Counted from the stretch's first letter, positions 19,763 through 28,013 are shown. The stretch is 36,526 bases of DNA from a virus (IMGVR_UViG_3300012920_010371:1-36526); one strand, 5' to 3'. Program-made: numbers and translations. The notes: generated by a model from the sequence alone, not told the origin.

Positions 19763-20169
19763 TTTTCAGTAACTAGCTTATATTCTTTGAAGCTGTATTC
19801 ATCTTCCCCGCTAAAACACATCAAATATTTATGATGGCTTAAAAAGAAAGAAGAAACTGGCCAGATTTGCATAATTATGTCCTCTAAATTATCATAAAAA
19901 TCAAAATTATTCATAATTTGATTCTTAAATCCATAATCATCATAATTATATAAATCTATACTGAAAAAATATAAATTTTTTTCTTCTATTTCATCAAAAT
20001 AGCTTTTTCTACTGAAAATTTGTATGGAATAATAAAATTCTTCGTTTTCATCTGTTGTAAAATAATGTAGATAAGATGATTTTTTAAAATTTATTCTAGC
20101 CCTTCTCCCCACCATAGTTACAAGCGGAAAGCAGGTAAAATTTTCTTGTTTATCAATATCAAACTCCAA
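19738..20169 (-). CDS. hypothetical protein
   Basis: 143-aa ORF overlapping both neighbours. No motif recognised. Confidence 0.55.
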   Translation of the reverse strand: MEFDIDKQENFTCFPLVTMVGRRARINFKKSSYLHYFTTDENEEFYYSIQIFSRKSYFDEIEEKNLYFFSIDLYNYDDYGFKNQIMNNFDFYDNLEDIIMQIWPVSSFFLSHHKYLMCFSGEDEYSFKEYKLVTEKWKKEILG

Positions 20170-20761
20170 CGTAATTATTGTCTATCCATTTAATAAAGTT
20201 ATTACAATATTTTTTTTGAAGACTTAAATTAGTTGGCCAGCTAAATGAATAATCTGATAATCCAATTAGCTTGTTGTCATTTCTTAATTCGTACTCATTA
20301 TCAGGCTTTATCATTTGCCTTTCGCCTTCAAACTCTGTATACCTGCTAACATGAACCACAATCCCCTTATTTTCTTTTTTAATAAAAGAAACTTCATCAG
20401 ATTTATATTCACAGAATCTTACATCTGTAATAATATTAATTTTATCTTTCTCAATCTGACTATTTACAGAATCTATCCAATATCTTCCGTCTGTCTTAGC
20501 TCTCATTATCGCACCGTGAGCTAAAAGTAGAGGTCTTATAAGATTTTTTTCATCCCTAGTGCAATTAGTAGTATCTATTCCGTAAAGCTGTTTTGAAATT
20601 TCACTAACTTCCTGTTTTAGTTTTTTGGCAAAAGACAAATATTTGACTTCATATCCAAGATTATTAAAAGATTCGCCAATTAACTTAGCAAAAGAATCTT
20701 TGCCACTACCTGCCACACCAGATATTCCTATTAGGTTAAATCTTAAGTTATTTATATTCAA
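20159..20761 (-). CDS. deoxynucleoside monophosphate kinase (T4 gp1-like)
   Basis: GISGVAGSGKD P-loop, SFAKKLK, R.LL..G...R, W and ITDVRF..E. Confidence 0.85.
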   Translation of the reverse strand: MNINNLRFNLIGISGVAGSGKDSFAKLIGESFNNLGYEVKYLSFAKKLKQEVSEISKQLYGIDTTNCTRDEKNLIRPLLLAHGAIMRAKTDGRYWIDSVNSQIEKDKINIITDVRFCEYKSDEVSFIKKENKGIVVHVSRYTEFEGERQMIKPDNEYELRNDNKLIGLSDYSFSWPTNLSLQKKYCNNFIKWIDNNYVGV

Positions 20762-20789
20762 TGTATTATAAACTTCCCTTTAAAAGTCG

Positions 20790-21080
20790 AATGTGTCGAA
20801 AGACACAGAGACTTTTCCCGTTCCGCGCTTAATTCGGAACGACCGGTTCTCTTTTACTTCCCTTTTAATAATCCCGAGTTAGCTTTTTAGGGTTAGGAGG
20901 AGGTCTACCACCCAAATGCTATTAACTCTTAACCTCACCGTTGACCGTTTTCATCCAGTTCTTCGGGTTTAACCCTTCACTTTCTATCTGCGTCAACTTT
21001 CCGCGGGTGCAAAGTCTCTACAAGCAGAGCCGCGCTTTCTTAGAGAACGGGGGCGAACAGCAATGGAGTTCGCCTATCCA
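20790..21080 (-). ncRNA. candidate structured non-coding RNA (~290 nt), family unknown
   Basis: GC-richer ORF-free gap with at least six complementary stem pairs, including a 9-bp long-range stem (20807-20815/21011-21019). Lies just downstream of a minus-strand promoter. Confidence 0.55.
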
Positions 21081-21086
21081 AAGACC

Positions 21087-21114
21087 AATGTAAAGCAATT
21101 CTAGAAGAAGTCAA
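21087..21114 (-). promoter_or_regulatory. sigma70-like promoter TTGACT-16-TACATT driving the candidate ncRNA/left arm
   Basis: -35 at 21114-21109 and -10 at 21092-21087. Confidence 0.5.
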
Positions 21115-21132
21115 CACTTTTTTCAAAAAAAC

Positions 21133-21161
21133 TTGACTGGAGGGCAAAAAAAGCAGAAAAT
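21133..21161 (+). promoter_or_regulatory. divergent sigma70-like promoter TTGACT-17-GAAAAT, 6 nt before the dut GTG
   Basis: Good -35 and weaker -10. Confidence 0.4.
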
Positions 21162-21167
21162 TAATTC

Positions 21168-21632
21168 GTGGAAATTAAATATGTAAAACTTTCTGACTTC
21201 GCAATTTGCCCAAGTAAAAACACGAATGAAGATGCAGGGTATGACTTGTACTCAACTGACATGTGTTCTCTTAAGCCAATGGAAAGAAGATTGGTTTCAA
21301 CCGGAATTTCAATTGAAATACCAGAAGGATACTATGGTCGCATAGCTCCTAGGAGCGGGCTTGCAGTAAAAAAAGGCATAGATGTGATGGCGGGTGTAAT
21401 AGACTCTGGATATAGGGGAGAAGTAAAAGTTCTCTTGGTTAATATCAGCAGAGATAATCCGCAAGGTGTTTATGAAAACTTTTTTGGATCTTTCGAGAAA
21501 GTTGACATAAAACAAGGAGACAGGATTGCGCAAATAATTATTGAAAAATGCTATTCGCCAAAATGGACAGAAGTAGAAGAACTATCCAACTCTAATAGGG
21601 ATGAAGGAGGTTTTGGAAGTAGCGGTATTTGA
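21168..21632 (+). CDS. dut: dUTPase (trimeric)
   Basis: AGYDL, RIAPRSGLA, GVIDSGYRGE, GDRIAQ and R.EGGFGSSG motifs. Confidence 0.96.
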   Translation: MEIKYVKLSDFAICPSKNTNEDAGYDLYSTDMCSLKPMERRLVSTGISIEIPEGYYGRIAPRSGLAVKKGIDVMAGVIDSGYRGEVKVLLVNISRDNPQGVYENFFGSFEKVDIKQGDRIAQIIIEKCYSPKWTEVEELSNSNRDEGGFGSSGI

Positions 21633-21972
21633 TTTGATTGCCCCAGTCGGGCTGATTGCATCCTTTCTTTTTATTTGGTTTAAAACTGATTTTTTGCATT
21701 CTTATTTAAAGTTAATTAATTTAAACTTTAAAGAATATGAAGATCAAGCTATTGAGAACCCAGATTTACTGCTAGTTGAGCATTTAGCTTGTAAAAACCA
21801 AGCAAACCGTGTCATATTTTTTATTTTTAAGCTTTTATCTTGTCCTTTTTGTCTAGCCGCTTGGCTTTGTTTAGGTGTAAGTTTATTCTACAGCATTAAA
21901 TTAATTGGATTTTACTATGCATTTTCTTTAATTGCTTACAGAATTTTAGAAAAAACATTTTTCGATGACTGA
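21601..21972 (+). CDS. membrane protein with CPFC motif (DUF1360-like); start uncertain
   Basis: Hydrophobic segments and LLSCPFCLAAW. Confidence 0.55.
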   Translation: MKEVLEVAVFDLIAPVGLIASFLFIWFKTDFLHSYLKLINLNFKEYEDQAIENPDLLLVEHLACKNQANRVIFFIFKLLSCPFCLAAWLCLGVSLFYSIKLIGFYYAFSLIAYRILEKTFFDD

Positions 21973-22255
21973 AATAAAGACCATACAAGAATACAAAAGC
22001 TTCATTGAAACGATGGCTAATTTTCATAAGCTAGATAATTTTATGGTTAATTTTTTGCATGCATTTAATAATATTGCCGTTGGGTGTAGCTGTAAAAAGA
22101 AAGCTCGGATAGGAGCGACAAATTTAAGAAAAAAAGAATCGATAGAAAATATGAGCCAAAGCTTTATAACTTCAGTTAAAGAAAATCTAAAACAAGATTT
22201 ATCTTTTTATCATAACAACGAACAAATATTATTTATAGAAAATGGACCAAACTAA
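21965..22255 (+). CDS. hypothetical protein
   Basis: Overlapping co-oriented ORF with a GCSC motif. Confidence 0.6.
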   Translation: MTEIKTIQEYKSFIETMANFHKLDNFMVNFLHAFNNIAVGCSCKKKARIGATNLRKKESIENMSQSFITSVKENLKQDLSFYHNNEQILFIENGPN

Positions 22256-22448
22256 AATAGATTATAATAAAAAAATGGTTGGCCAAAAAGTCAAAGTTAT
22301 AGACCAACATGGCTTTAACTGGATAGGTGAAGTAAAAGAGGCTGTCGATGATCATTCTTTTATAATAAAAGATGATTCTAATAGAGACTTCGTTGTAAGT
22401 ATTTATGATATTAGGTCTGTCGATATGACACAACTGTCTCGCGTCTAG
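22242..22448 (+). CDS. small beta-rich hypothetical protein (SH3/Sm-like)
   Basis: GQKVKV...W.GEV...F.IKD...VSIYDIR pattern. Confidence 0.55.
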   Translation: MDQTKIDYNKKMVGQKVKVIDQHGFNWIGEVKEAVDDHSFIIKDDSNRDFVVSIYDIRSVDMTQLSRV

Positions 22449-22493
22449 TAACGCAGTATACAAAAAACCCTTTAAAATAAGGGTTTTATAAAT

Positions 22494-22509
22494 TGGCACA
22501 GTTTTAGCT
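22494..22509 (+). promoter_or_regulatory. sigma54 (RpoN)-type promoter upstream of hsp20
   Basis: TGGCACAGTTTTAGCT with exact GG-N10-GC spacing. Predicted +1 near 22520. Confidence 0.65.
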
Positions 22510-22521
22510 ATAAGGTGTGCC

Positions 22522-22863
22522 ATGTTATTACATAACAATCCTTATAAAATATTCGAAGATCTGTTCTTTACAGATCAGAACACTTCTTTTCACCCTTTTC
22601 AACAGAAAGATAAATCTTTTCAAGCAGTCTTGGAAGTTCCCGGATTCAGTAAAGATAATTTAAAAATAGAAGTTGAAGACGGATACGTGAGGCTAAATGG
22701 AGAAGCTGAGGTCGGCGGCAAAAAACGAACTCTCAGCAAATATTATGAACTGCCGCAAAAAGCCGATAGTAAAAAGCTCTCGGCTAAATTAAATAATGGC
22801 ATCTTGGAGCTTTTAATTCCCAGAAAAGACCATCCTAAAAAAATACCAATATCAATAAAATAA
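22522..22863 (+). CDS. Hsp20/alpha-crystallin small heat-shock protein
   Basis: EVPGFSKDNLKIEV, LP and SAKLNNGILELLIP. Confidence 0.92.
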   Translation: MLLHNNPYKIFEDLFFTDQNTSFHPFQQKDKSFQAVLEVPGFSKDNLKIEVEDGYVRLNGEAEVGGKKRTLSKYYELPQKADSKKLSAKLNNGILELLIPRKDHPKKIPISIK

Positions 22864-22896
22864 AACTTGACAAAATAATTATCTTAACTGTCAACT

Positions 22897-22925
22897 GGTC
22901 GCTGTTTATACAGCGGCCTTTTTTT
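22897..22925 (+). terminator. Rho-independent terminator after hsp20
   Basis: GGTCGCTGT-TTAT-ACAGCGGCC followed by T7. Confidence 0.8.
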
Positions 22926-22942
22926 GTGTAAATATAAGAAAG

Positions 22943-23107
22943 ATGAACAATAAAACTTTAGAAAAAGTTCCTGAAGTTATTAAAATTTTAGAATATCTCC
23001 TGCAATTATCTAAAATAAGAGATGGAATGGAGAATCCAAACCAAGCGGGCGATGATATTTGGACGCACCAACTAAAGACTTGTATTTCAATTTTAAAAGA
23101 TGAATGA
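22943..23107 (+). CDS. small hypothetical protein (54 aa, not in ORF track)
   Basis: MNNKTLEKVPEVIKILEYLL...ILKDE. Fills the gap and overlaps the next start. Confidence 0.6.
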   Translation: MNNKTLEKVPEVIKILEYLLQLSKIRDGMENPNQAGDDIWTHQLKTCISILKDE

Positions 23108-23396
23108 CTCAACTAGAAAAAAATTTGTTAAAATAGAAAAAATACAAGATTCTATTGATATGATTATAAAATCTCTTGATTTTTGGGAAGAGAAAATGAA
23201 TATCTGCTTCAAAGAGGTTGACCGCTTAGAAGAAGAATCTTGGCATCCAGAATTTGAAAGCCGCATTAAAAAAGTAAAATCACAAATGAATCAAATTTTA
23301 GGCAAAATCTATATAGAAGAAGAAGAGCTGAGTAAACTTGAACAGAGCATGAATAGCATCTATTCTGAAATTTTTTCTAAAAAAAGTGAAGAGTAA
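23100..23396 (+). CDS. hypothetical coiled-coil protein
   Basis: 98-aa charged helical ORF. Confidence 0.6.
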   Translation: MNDSTRKKFVKIEKIQDSIDMIIKSLDFWEEKMNICFKEVDRLEEESWHPEFESRIKKVKSQMNQILGKIYIEEEELSKLEQSMNSIYSEIFSKKSEE

Positions 23397-23547
23397 GAAA
23401 AAATATTATCTAATTGTTTCCGAAAAAAACAATTGGAGGTACGGGGCTTTTGATTTTTCTGAAGAAGGCAAAAAGAAAGCTGAAAAGTATTTAAAAGATC
23501 TTATTCGCAAAACCAAAGACCGCTCACTGCAGATTATCGAAAAATAA
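23386..23547 (+). CDS. small basic hypothetical protein (53 aa, not in ORF track)
   Basis: GTG start, MKSKKKYYLIVSEKNNWRYGAFDFSEEGKKKAEKY. Fills the gap before nrdA. Confidence 0.55.
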   Translation: MKSKKKYYLIVSEKNNWRYGAFDFSEEGKKKAEKYLKDLIRKTKDRSLQIIEK

Positions 23548-23549
23548 TC

Positions 23550-23578
23550 TTGACCCGGTAGCAAAACTAAAATAAGGT
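23550..23578 (+). promoter_or_regulatory. putative sigma70-like promoter TTGACC-17-TAAGGT for nrdA
   Basis: Intergenic position and canonical spacing. Confidence 0.35.
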
Positions 23579-23617
23579 GACAAACCGCTTGGATTCCAAG
23601 TGTAAATTTTTCTATCA

Positions 23618-26044
23618 ATGGATATCAAAGTTAAGAAAAGAAGTGGCAAATTAGAAAGTTTCGATGTTGAAAAAATCAATAAATGCGCATACAGAGCATG
23701 CTTGGGGATTGGCGGCAACAACGTATCTGCTAGTGAAATTATTTTAGATGCGCAACTTCAGCTTTACGATAAAATCACGACCAAGGAAATCGACGACGCC
23801 TTAATTCTATCCGCAAGAGCCAAAATAGAAAAAGAACCAAATTACAGCAAAGTCGCTGCCGCGTTGGCTGCGAACGCTCTATATAAGGAGGTTTTTCGCG
23901 AAAGCGTAGACTCTGATACTTTTGAGCTTCAGTACCGCAAATCCTTTGTCCAAGGAGTTAAGAAGCTGGTGAAAAATGAGATAGCCAATCCAGAGCTATT
24001 AAATTTTGATTTAAAAAAACTGTCAGAAGCTATTGACCCTGAAAGAGACAAGAAATTTAAATATCTTGGACTACAAATTTTAATTGACAGATACTTTATT
24101 CGTGTAAATAATAAAATAGTCGAGTCACCACAAGCTTTTTGGATGCGCGTGGCGATGGGCTTAGCTTTAAATGAAGACAACAGAGAAGACAGAGCCATTG
24201 AGTTCTATAACTTATTTAGCAATTTCCTTTACACTCCTTCCACCCCTACTCTCTTTAATAGTGGGACTACTCACTCACAACTAAGCTCATGTTATTTAAA
24301 TACATTCGATGATAGTATTGACGGAATCTTTGAAGGAGTCTGGCAGGAGGCGCGTAAGAGTAAATACGCTGGAGGCTTGGGCTTTGATGTTACTAATTTT
24401 CGTTCTTCTGGCGCTTTCATCAAAGGCACAAACGGGATTTCAGGAGGTCTTGTGCCATGGCTCAAAATCTTTAACGATACACTCGTCGCGGTAAATCAAG
24501 GCGGCAAAAGGCCCGGTGCTGGATGCGCTTACTTAGAGCCTTGGCATCTTGACTTCGAGGATTTTCTAAACCTTCGCCGTAACACTGGTGACGAAAGGCT
24601 TCGCTGTCACGACATGAATACTGCTGCATGGATCCCTGACCTATTCATGCAGAAAGTCCAGAAAGACGAAGACTGGTACATGTTTTGCCCTTCTGATTGC
24701 AGAGAATTGCACGAAGCTTACGGAGATGACTTTAAAGAATCTTACGATTATTACTCTAAAAAAGCAGAAGAAGGAGAGCTGAAAAACTTCCGCAAGATAA
24801 AAGCTAAAGAGCTTTGGAAGAAAATGCTAAAAGTCCTGTTTGAGACCTCCCATCCGTGGGTAACTTTCAAAGACCCATCGAACATTCGTTATAGCAATCA
24901 GCACGAAGGCACGGTACATTCCAGCAATCTTTGTACAGAAATTCTGCTTCACACTAAGCCATCTGTTTATAAAGATGGAGAAAAAACTATAGTTGGCGAA
25001 ACTGCTGTTTGCAATCTCGGTAGCGTAAACTTAAAGAATCATCTTACTGAAAACGATGGTAAATTTACGCTGAATCGCGATCTACTCGCCAGTACAATCA
25101 AAACTGCTGTTCGCCTATTAGATAATGTTGTTGACTTGAATTTCTACCCGACTAAAGAAGCTGCTAATTCAAATTTACAGCATCGCCCAGTTGGATTAGG
25201 AATGATGGCAACTCACGACGTACTTCAATTAGTTGATATCCAGTACGATTCCGACAGAGCTGTTAAATATATTGACGAGCTTACAGAGTTCTTCTCTTAC
25301 AATGCTATACTATCATCTAGCGAGCTGGCTCAAGAGAGGGGGAGTTACAAAACCTTTTCGGGCTCACTGTGGGACAAAGGCCAACTCCCAATAGATACGT
25401 ACAATAAATTGCTAGATTTTAGAAAAAAATCTGGAAGCAAGCCCGTGGGGGGTAAATTGGATTGGTCAGAAGTAAGGGAAAGTATTTCGAAATATGGAAT
25501 CAGAAATAGCAACATTATGGCAATTGCTCCTACTGCTACTATTGGGTATATCAATGGTGTTGAGCAGAGTATTGAACCGAACTTCTCAGTCCTTTTCGTC
25601 TACGAAAACAAAAGTGGAAACTTCTACATCACAAACGAGCAGTTCGTCGAAGACATGAAGAAGGAAGGCTTGTGGAGCCCAAGATTCGCAGAGGCTGTTA
25701 AAGAAGCGGATGGGGATGTTACTCTTCTGGATATACCAGAGAAGTATAAAGAGAAATATAAAACGGCCTTCGATCGCGATATGTTTAAGCTGATTGAATG
25801 TAATGCCGCTCGTCAAAAGTGGATAGATCAAGGAATCTCTTTTAATCTATACAACAAGAATACGAGCCTTAAGTATCTAAATGATATTTACATGGCTGCG
25901 TGGGAAGCTGGACTGAAGACAACTTACTATTTAAGAAACCGCGGTGCTTCTAAAGTTGAGAAATCAACCAAGAAGGAGTATACAGAAGAAGAACAAATAG
26001 CTTGTTCTATTGCTAATCCCGAAGCCTGCGAAGCCTGTCAATAA
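23618..26044 (+). CDS. nrdA: ribonucleotide reductase class I alpha subunit with N-terminal ATP cone
   Basis: VKKRSG ATP cone, STPTLFNSG, SSCY, SNLCTEI, VCNLGS, APTAT, KTTYYLR and C-terminal CEACQ. Confidence 0.97.
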   Translation: MDIKVKKRSGKLESFDVEKINKCAYRACLGIGGNNVSASEIILDAQLQLYDKITTKEIDDALILSARAKIEKEPNYSKVAAALAANALYKEVFRESVDSDTFELQYRKSFVQGVKKLVKNEIANPELLNFDLKKLSEAIDPERDKKFKYLGLQILIDRYFIRVNNKIVESPQAFWMRVAMGLALNEDNREDRAIEFYNLFSNFLYTPSTPTLFNSGTTHSQLSSCYLNTFDDSIDGIFEGVWQEARKSKYAGGLGFDVTNFRSSGAFIKGTNGISGGLVPWLKIFNDTLVAVNQGGKRPGAGCAYLEPWHLDFEDFLNLRRNTGDERLRCHDMNTAAWIPDLFMQKVQKDEDWYMFCPSDCRELHEAYGDDFKESYDYYSKKAEEGELKNFRKIKAKELWKKMLKVLFETSHPWVTFKDPSNIRYSNQHEGTVHSSNLCTEILLHTKPSVYKDGEKTIVGETAVCNLGSVNLKNHLTENDGKFTLNRDLLASTIKTAVRLLDNVVDLNFYPTKEAANSNLQHRPVGLGMMATHDVLQLVDIQYDSDRAVKYIDELTEFFSYNAILSSSELAQERGSYKTFSGSLWDKGQLPIDTYNKLLDFRKKSGSKPVGGKLDWSEVRESISKYGIRNSNIMAIAPTATIGYINGVEQSIEPNFSVLFVYENKSGNFYITNEQFVEDMKKEGLWSPRFAEAVKEADGDVTLLDIPEKYKEKYKTAFDRDMFKLIECNAARQKWIDQGISFNLYNKNTSLKYLNDIYMAAWEAGLKTTYYLRNRGASKVEKSTKKEYTEEEQIACSIANPEACEACQ

Positions 26045-26053
26045 TTTATAAAT

Positions 26054-27070
26054 ATGAACGACTCAAAAACTGGAAATATACTAGGAAAAGACGTTGCGGG
26101 TGTAAATTGTATTTTACCGCACAAGCACAAGACTGCGTGGGATTTATTCCTTAAAGGATGCGCTAATAATTGGATGCCAACAGAAATCTCTATGGCGGAC
26201 GATATTAAGCAGTGGAAAAACGGAGACATAACAGATGATGAAAAACTTTTGGTCAAACGTTCACTCGGCTTCTTTGCTGGTAGTGAATCCCTTGTTGGTA
26301 ATAATCTATTATTGTCTGGTTTTAGGTACATCACTGATGCTGAGTGTCGTCAGTATATTCTTCGGCAAGCGTTCGAGGAAAGTCTGCATAACTTAACTAT
26401 CGTTTACGTTTGTGATTCTTTAGACCTTAAAATAGACGAAGTATACCAAGCATATTTAAATATTCCGTCGATTAAGGCCAAGGATGATTTCTTAATGAGC
26501 ATTACCACTGATCTAAGCAGAGCAGACTTTAATCCTCATTCTCAAGAAGGTAAAAAAGAGATTTTAAGAAACTTCATTACTTATTGGATTGTGTGTGAAG
26601 GCATATTTTTCTTTAGTGGTTTTGCAATGCTTTTAGCTCTCGGTCGTCAAAATAAAATGCAAGGCATTGCTGATCAAATTAAGTATACTCTTCGGGACGA
26701 AAGCTCTCACATACAATTTGGAACTTATGTCATCAATCAAATCATAGAGCAAAACCCTAAAATTTGGACAAAATCTTTTCAGCAGGAAGTAACTGAGCAT
26801 GTACAGAAAGCTGTTCAACTAGAAATAGCTTACGCTAAAGATGTCCTGCCTAGAGGAATTCTTGGCCTTAACGCTGAGATGTTTGTGGATTATATGCACT
26901 ACATCGGCAATCGCAGGCTAGAAGGAATCGGCCTCGAATATAGGTTTGAGTCTGACAAAAACCCATTTCCGTGGTTAGGAGAGGTAGTCGATGTTCAAGC
27001 TATGGGCAACTTTTTTGAGCGCCGAGTTAGAGAATATCAACAATCCGGTTCTCTTGAGGACGACTTTTGA
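26054..27070 (+). CDS. nrdB: ribonucleotide reductase beta subunit, class Ic (R2c)-type
   Basis: Ligands E78, E109xxH112, EGIFF and DESSH. First ligand is Glu and the radical-Tyr position is Ile116. Confidence 0.93.
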   Translation: MNDSKTGNILGKDVAGVNCILPHKHKTAWDLFLKGCANNWMPTEISMADDIKQWKNGDITDDEKLLVKRSLGFFAGSESLVGNNLLLSGFRYITDAECRQYILRQAFEESLHNLTIVYVCDSLDLKIDEVYQAYLNIPSIKAKDDFLMSITTDLSRADFNPHSQEGKKEILRNFITYWIVCEGIFFFSGFAMLLALGRQNKMQGIADQIKYTLRDESSHIQFGTYVINQIIEQNPKIWTKSFQQEVTEHVQKAVQLEIAYAKDVLPRGILGLNAEMFVDYMHYIGNRRLEGIGLEYRFESDKNPFPWLGEVVDVQAMGNFFERRVREYQQSGSLEDDF

Positions 27071-27091
27071 TGTAACATTCTGTGTACAACG

Positions 27092-27286
27092 ATGTCACGA
27101 TTCAAATTCGCCTCCGAGTCTTTTATGCTGGGCCAAATTTCATGCGAAATGATAGCGCTCTCTCAGCATCTAAACGAAAATAATGGCCAAAAGCTTAACG
27201 GCGAATTAGTAGAGCTTGACAAAATAATTAACAGAGTCAACAGAGTAAAAGAACTCATGTTAAGAAAGGACGAAGATAATGCCTAA
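27092..27286 (+). CDS. hypothetical protein
   Basis: 64-aa co-oriented ORF. Confidence 0.55.
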   Translation: MSRFKFASESFMLGQISCEMIALSQHLNENNGQKLNGELVELDKIINRVNRVKELMLRKDEDNA

Positions 27287-27476
27287 TATATCTGAGTTTG
27301 AACGCAATAAACCCAAAGAAACTCATAAAGCTTTTGAGGATGCTAGAAAAAAATATGAGGCTATATTACGAGAAACCACTGTCATGGACGATGTAGATGC
27401 TAGTAGGGTTGAAATGGCATCTATTTTTCTAAAAGACTTAAAAGAAATTTATAAAAAGTTTCTTGCTGGGCTATAA
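27279..27476 (+). CDS. hypothetical protein
   Basis: 65-aa ORF overlapping the previous one. Confidence 0.6.
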   Translation: MPNISEFERNKPKETHKAFEDARKKYEAILRETTVMDDVDASRVEMASIFLKDLKEIYKKFLAGL

Positions 27477-27484
27477 TAAATTGT

Positions 27485-27700
27485 ATGAGTAATCACATTA
27501 AAATGATGTTGGAGTCGCACCGTCGGTGCGCATCTGCTATCCAAGACGCAGCAAACGATGCCAGAAAGGCTGCAGACGCATCTGCTGAAGAAGCTAAGCA
27601 GTTTGAAGATATGGCTCAACAAGCAGCTACAAGAGCAGTAGAGGCCACTGAAGCCGTCAAGGTGCTAGAAGCTAAACTGACAGCCTCTACAACAGAGTAA
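27485..27700 (+). CDS. Ala-rich helical hypothetical protein
   Basis: 71-aa ORF with TATAAT 7 nt upstream of the ATG. Confidence 0.6.
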   Translation: MSNHIKMMLESHRRCASAIQDAANDARKAADASAEEAKQFEDMAQQAATRAVEATEAVKVLEAKLTASTTE

Positions 27701-28013
27701 GTCTGTCTTTCATTTGACTGATTATATTGACTTGATTCTCAAATCTTATATATTTAGTCAAGATGGTAGCTCTTTGCTGCCTAATCCTTGTATCAAGACT
27801 TACACCTCTTTCTTTTAATGGCTCTACAATGTCAGAAATAAAGTCGAACATCCCTCTTGATCTCATAAATTGCCAGTACATGTCTTCCGTGCCTTGCTCA
27901 CACTCTAATAGGACGCTTGCCTTGCAGTCTATCTTTGCGCAAGACAAAACATACCTAAACGGTAAAGACTCCGTGGGAGGCTCGCATAAAGGGGCATGAA
28001 CTAGTAAGTTCAT
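27687..28013 (-). CDS. hypothetical protein (only minus-strand gene in the right arm)
   Basis: ORF fills the gap. ATG at 28013 is preferred over TTG at 28037, which overlaps ppa. Confidence 0.55.
   Translation of the reverse strand: MNLLVHAPLCEPPTESLPFRYVLSCAKIDCKASVLLECEQGTEDMYWQFMRSRGMFDFISDIVEPLKERGVSLDTRIRQQRATILTKYIRFENQVNIISQMKDRLTLL

Noticed and set aside
1937-20524. Plus-strand ORFs in the left arm (1937, 5978, 7730, 10685, 11095, 11931, 13213, 18869, 20315) and the nested minus ORF at 19240
   Set aside because: They are shadows of well-supported genes and have no motifs.
20790-21080. RNase P RNA identity for the structured element (minus-strand words GGAAAGT, AACGGTGAGGTTAAGAG, GGTAGACC, AGAACCGG)
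   Set aside because: No GAGGAAAGUCC at the 5' side and no P4 pairing could be built, and the stems found do not match the RNase P layout. tmRNA (no tRNA-like ends) and group I/II intron cores were also not supported.
22493-22522. CIRCE (HrcA operator) upstream of hsp20
   Set aside because: The arms and spacer do not fit TTAGCACTC-N9-GAGTGCTAA. The sigma54 reading fits better.
23618-27070. Intron or intein in nrdA/nrdB (common in phages)
   Set aside because: Both ORFs are continuous and of normal length, with no intein or homing-endonuclease motifs.
27763-27999. Plus-strand 78-aa ORF as the real gene in this gap
   Set aside because: The minus-strand ORF 27687-28013 fills the gap fully and has an upstream GTGTAA motif. 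The choice remains moderately uncertain.
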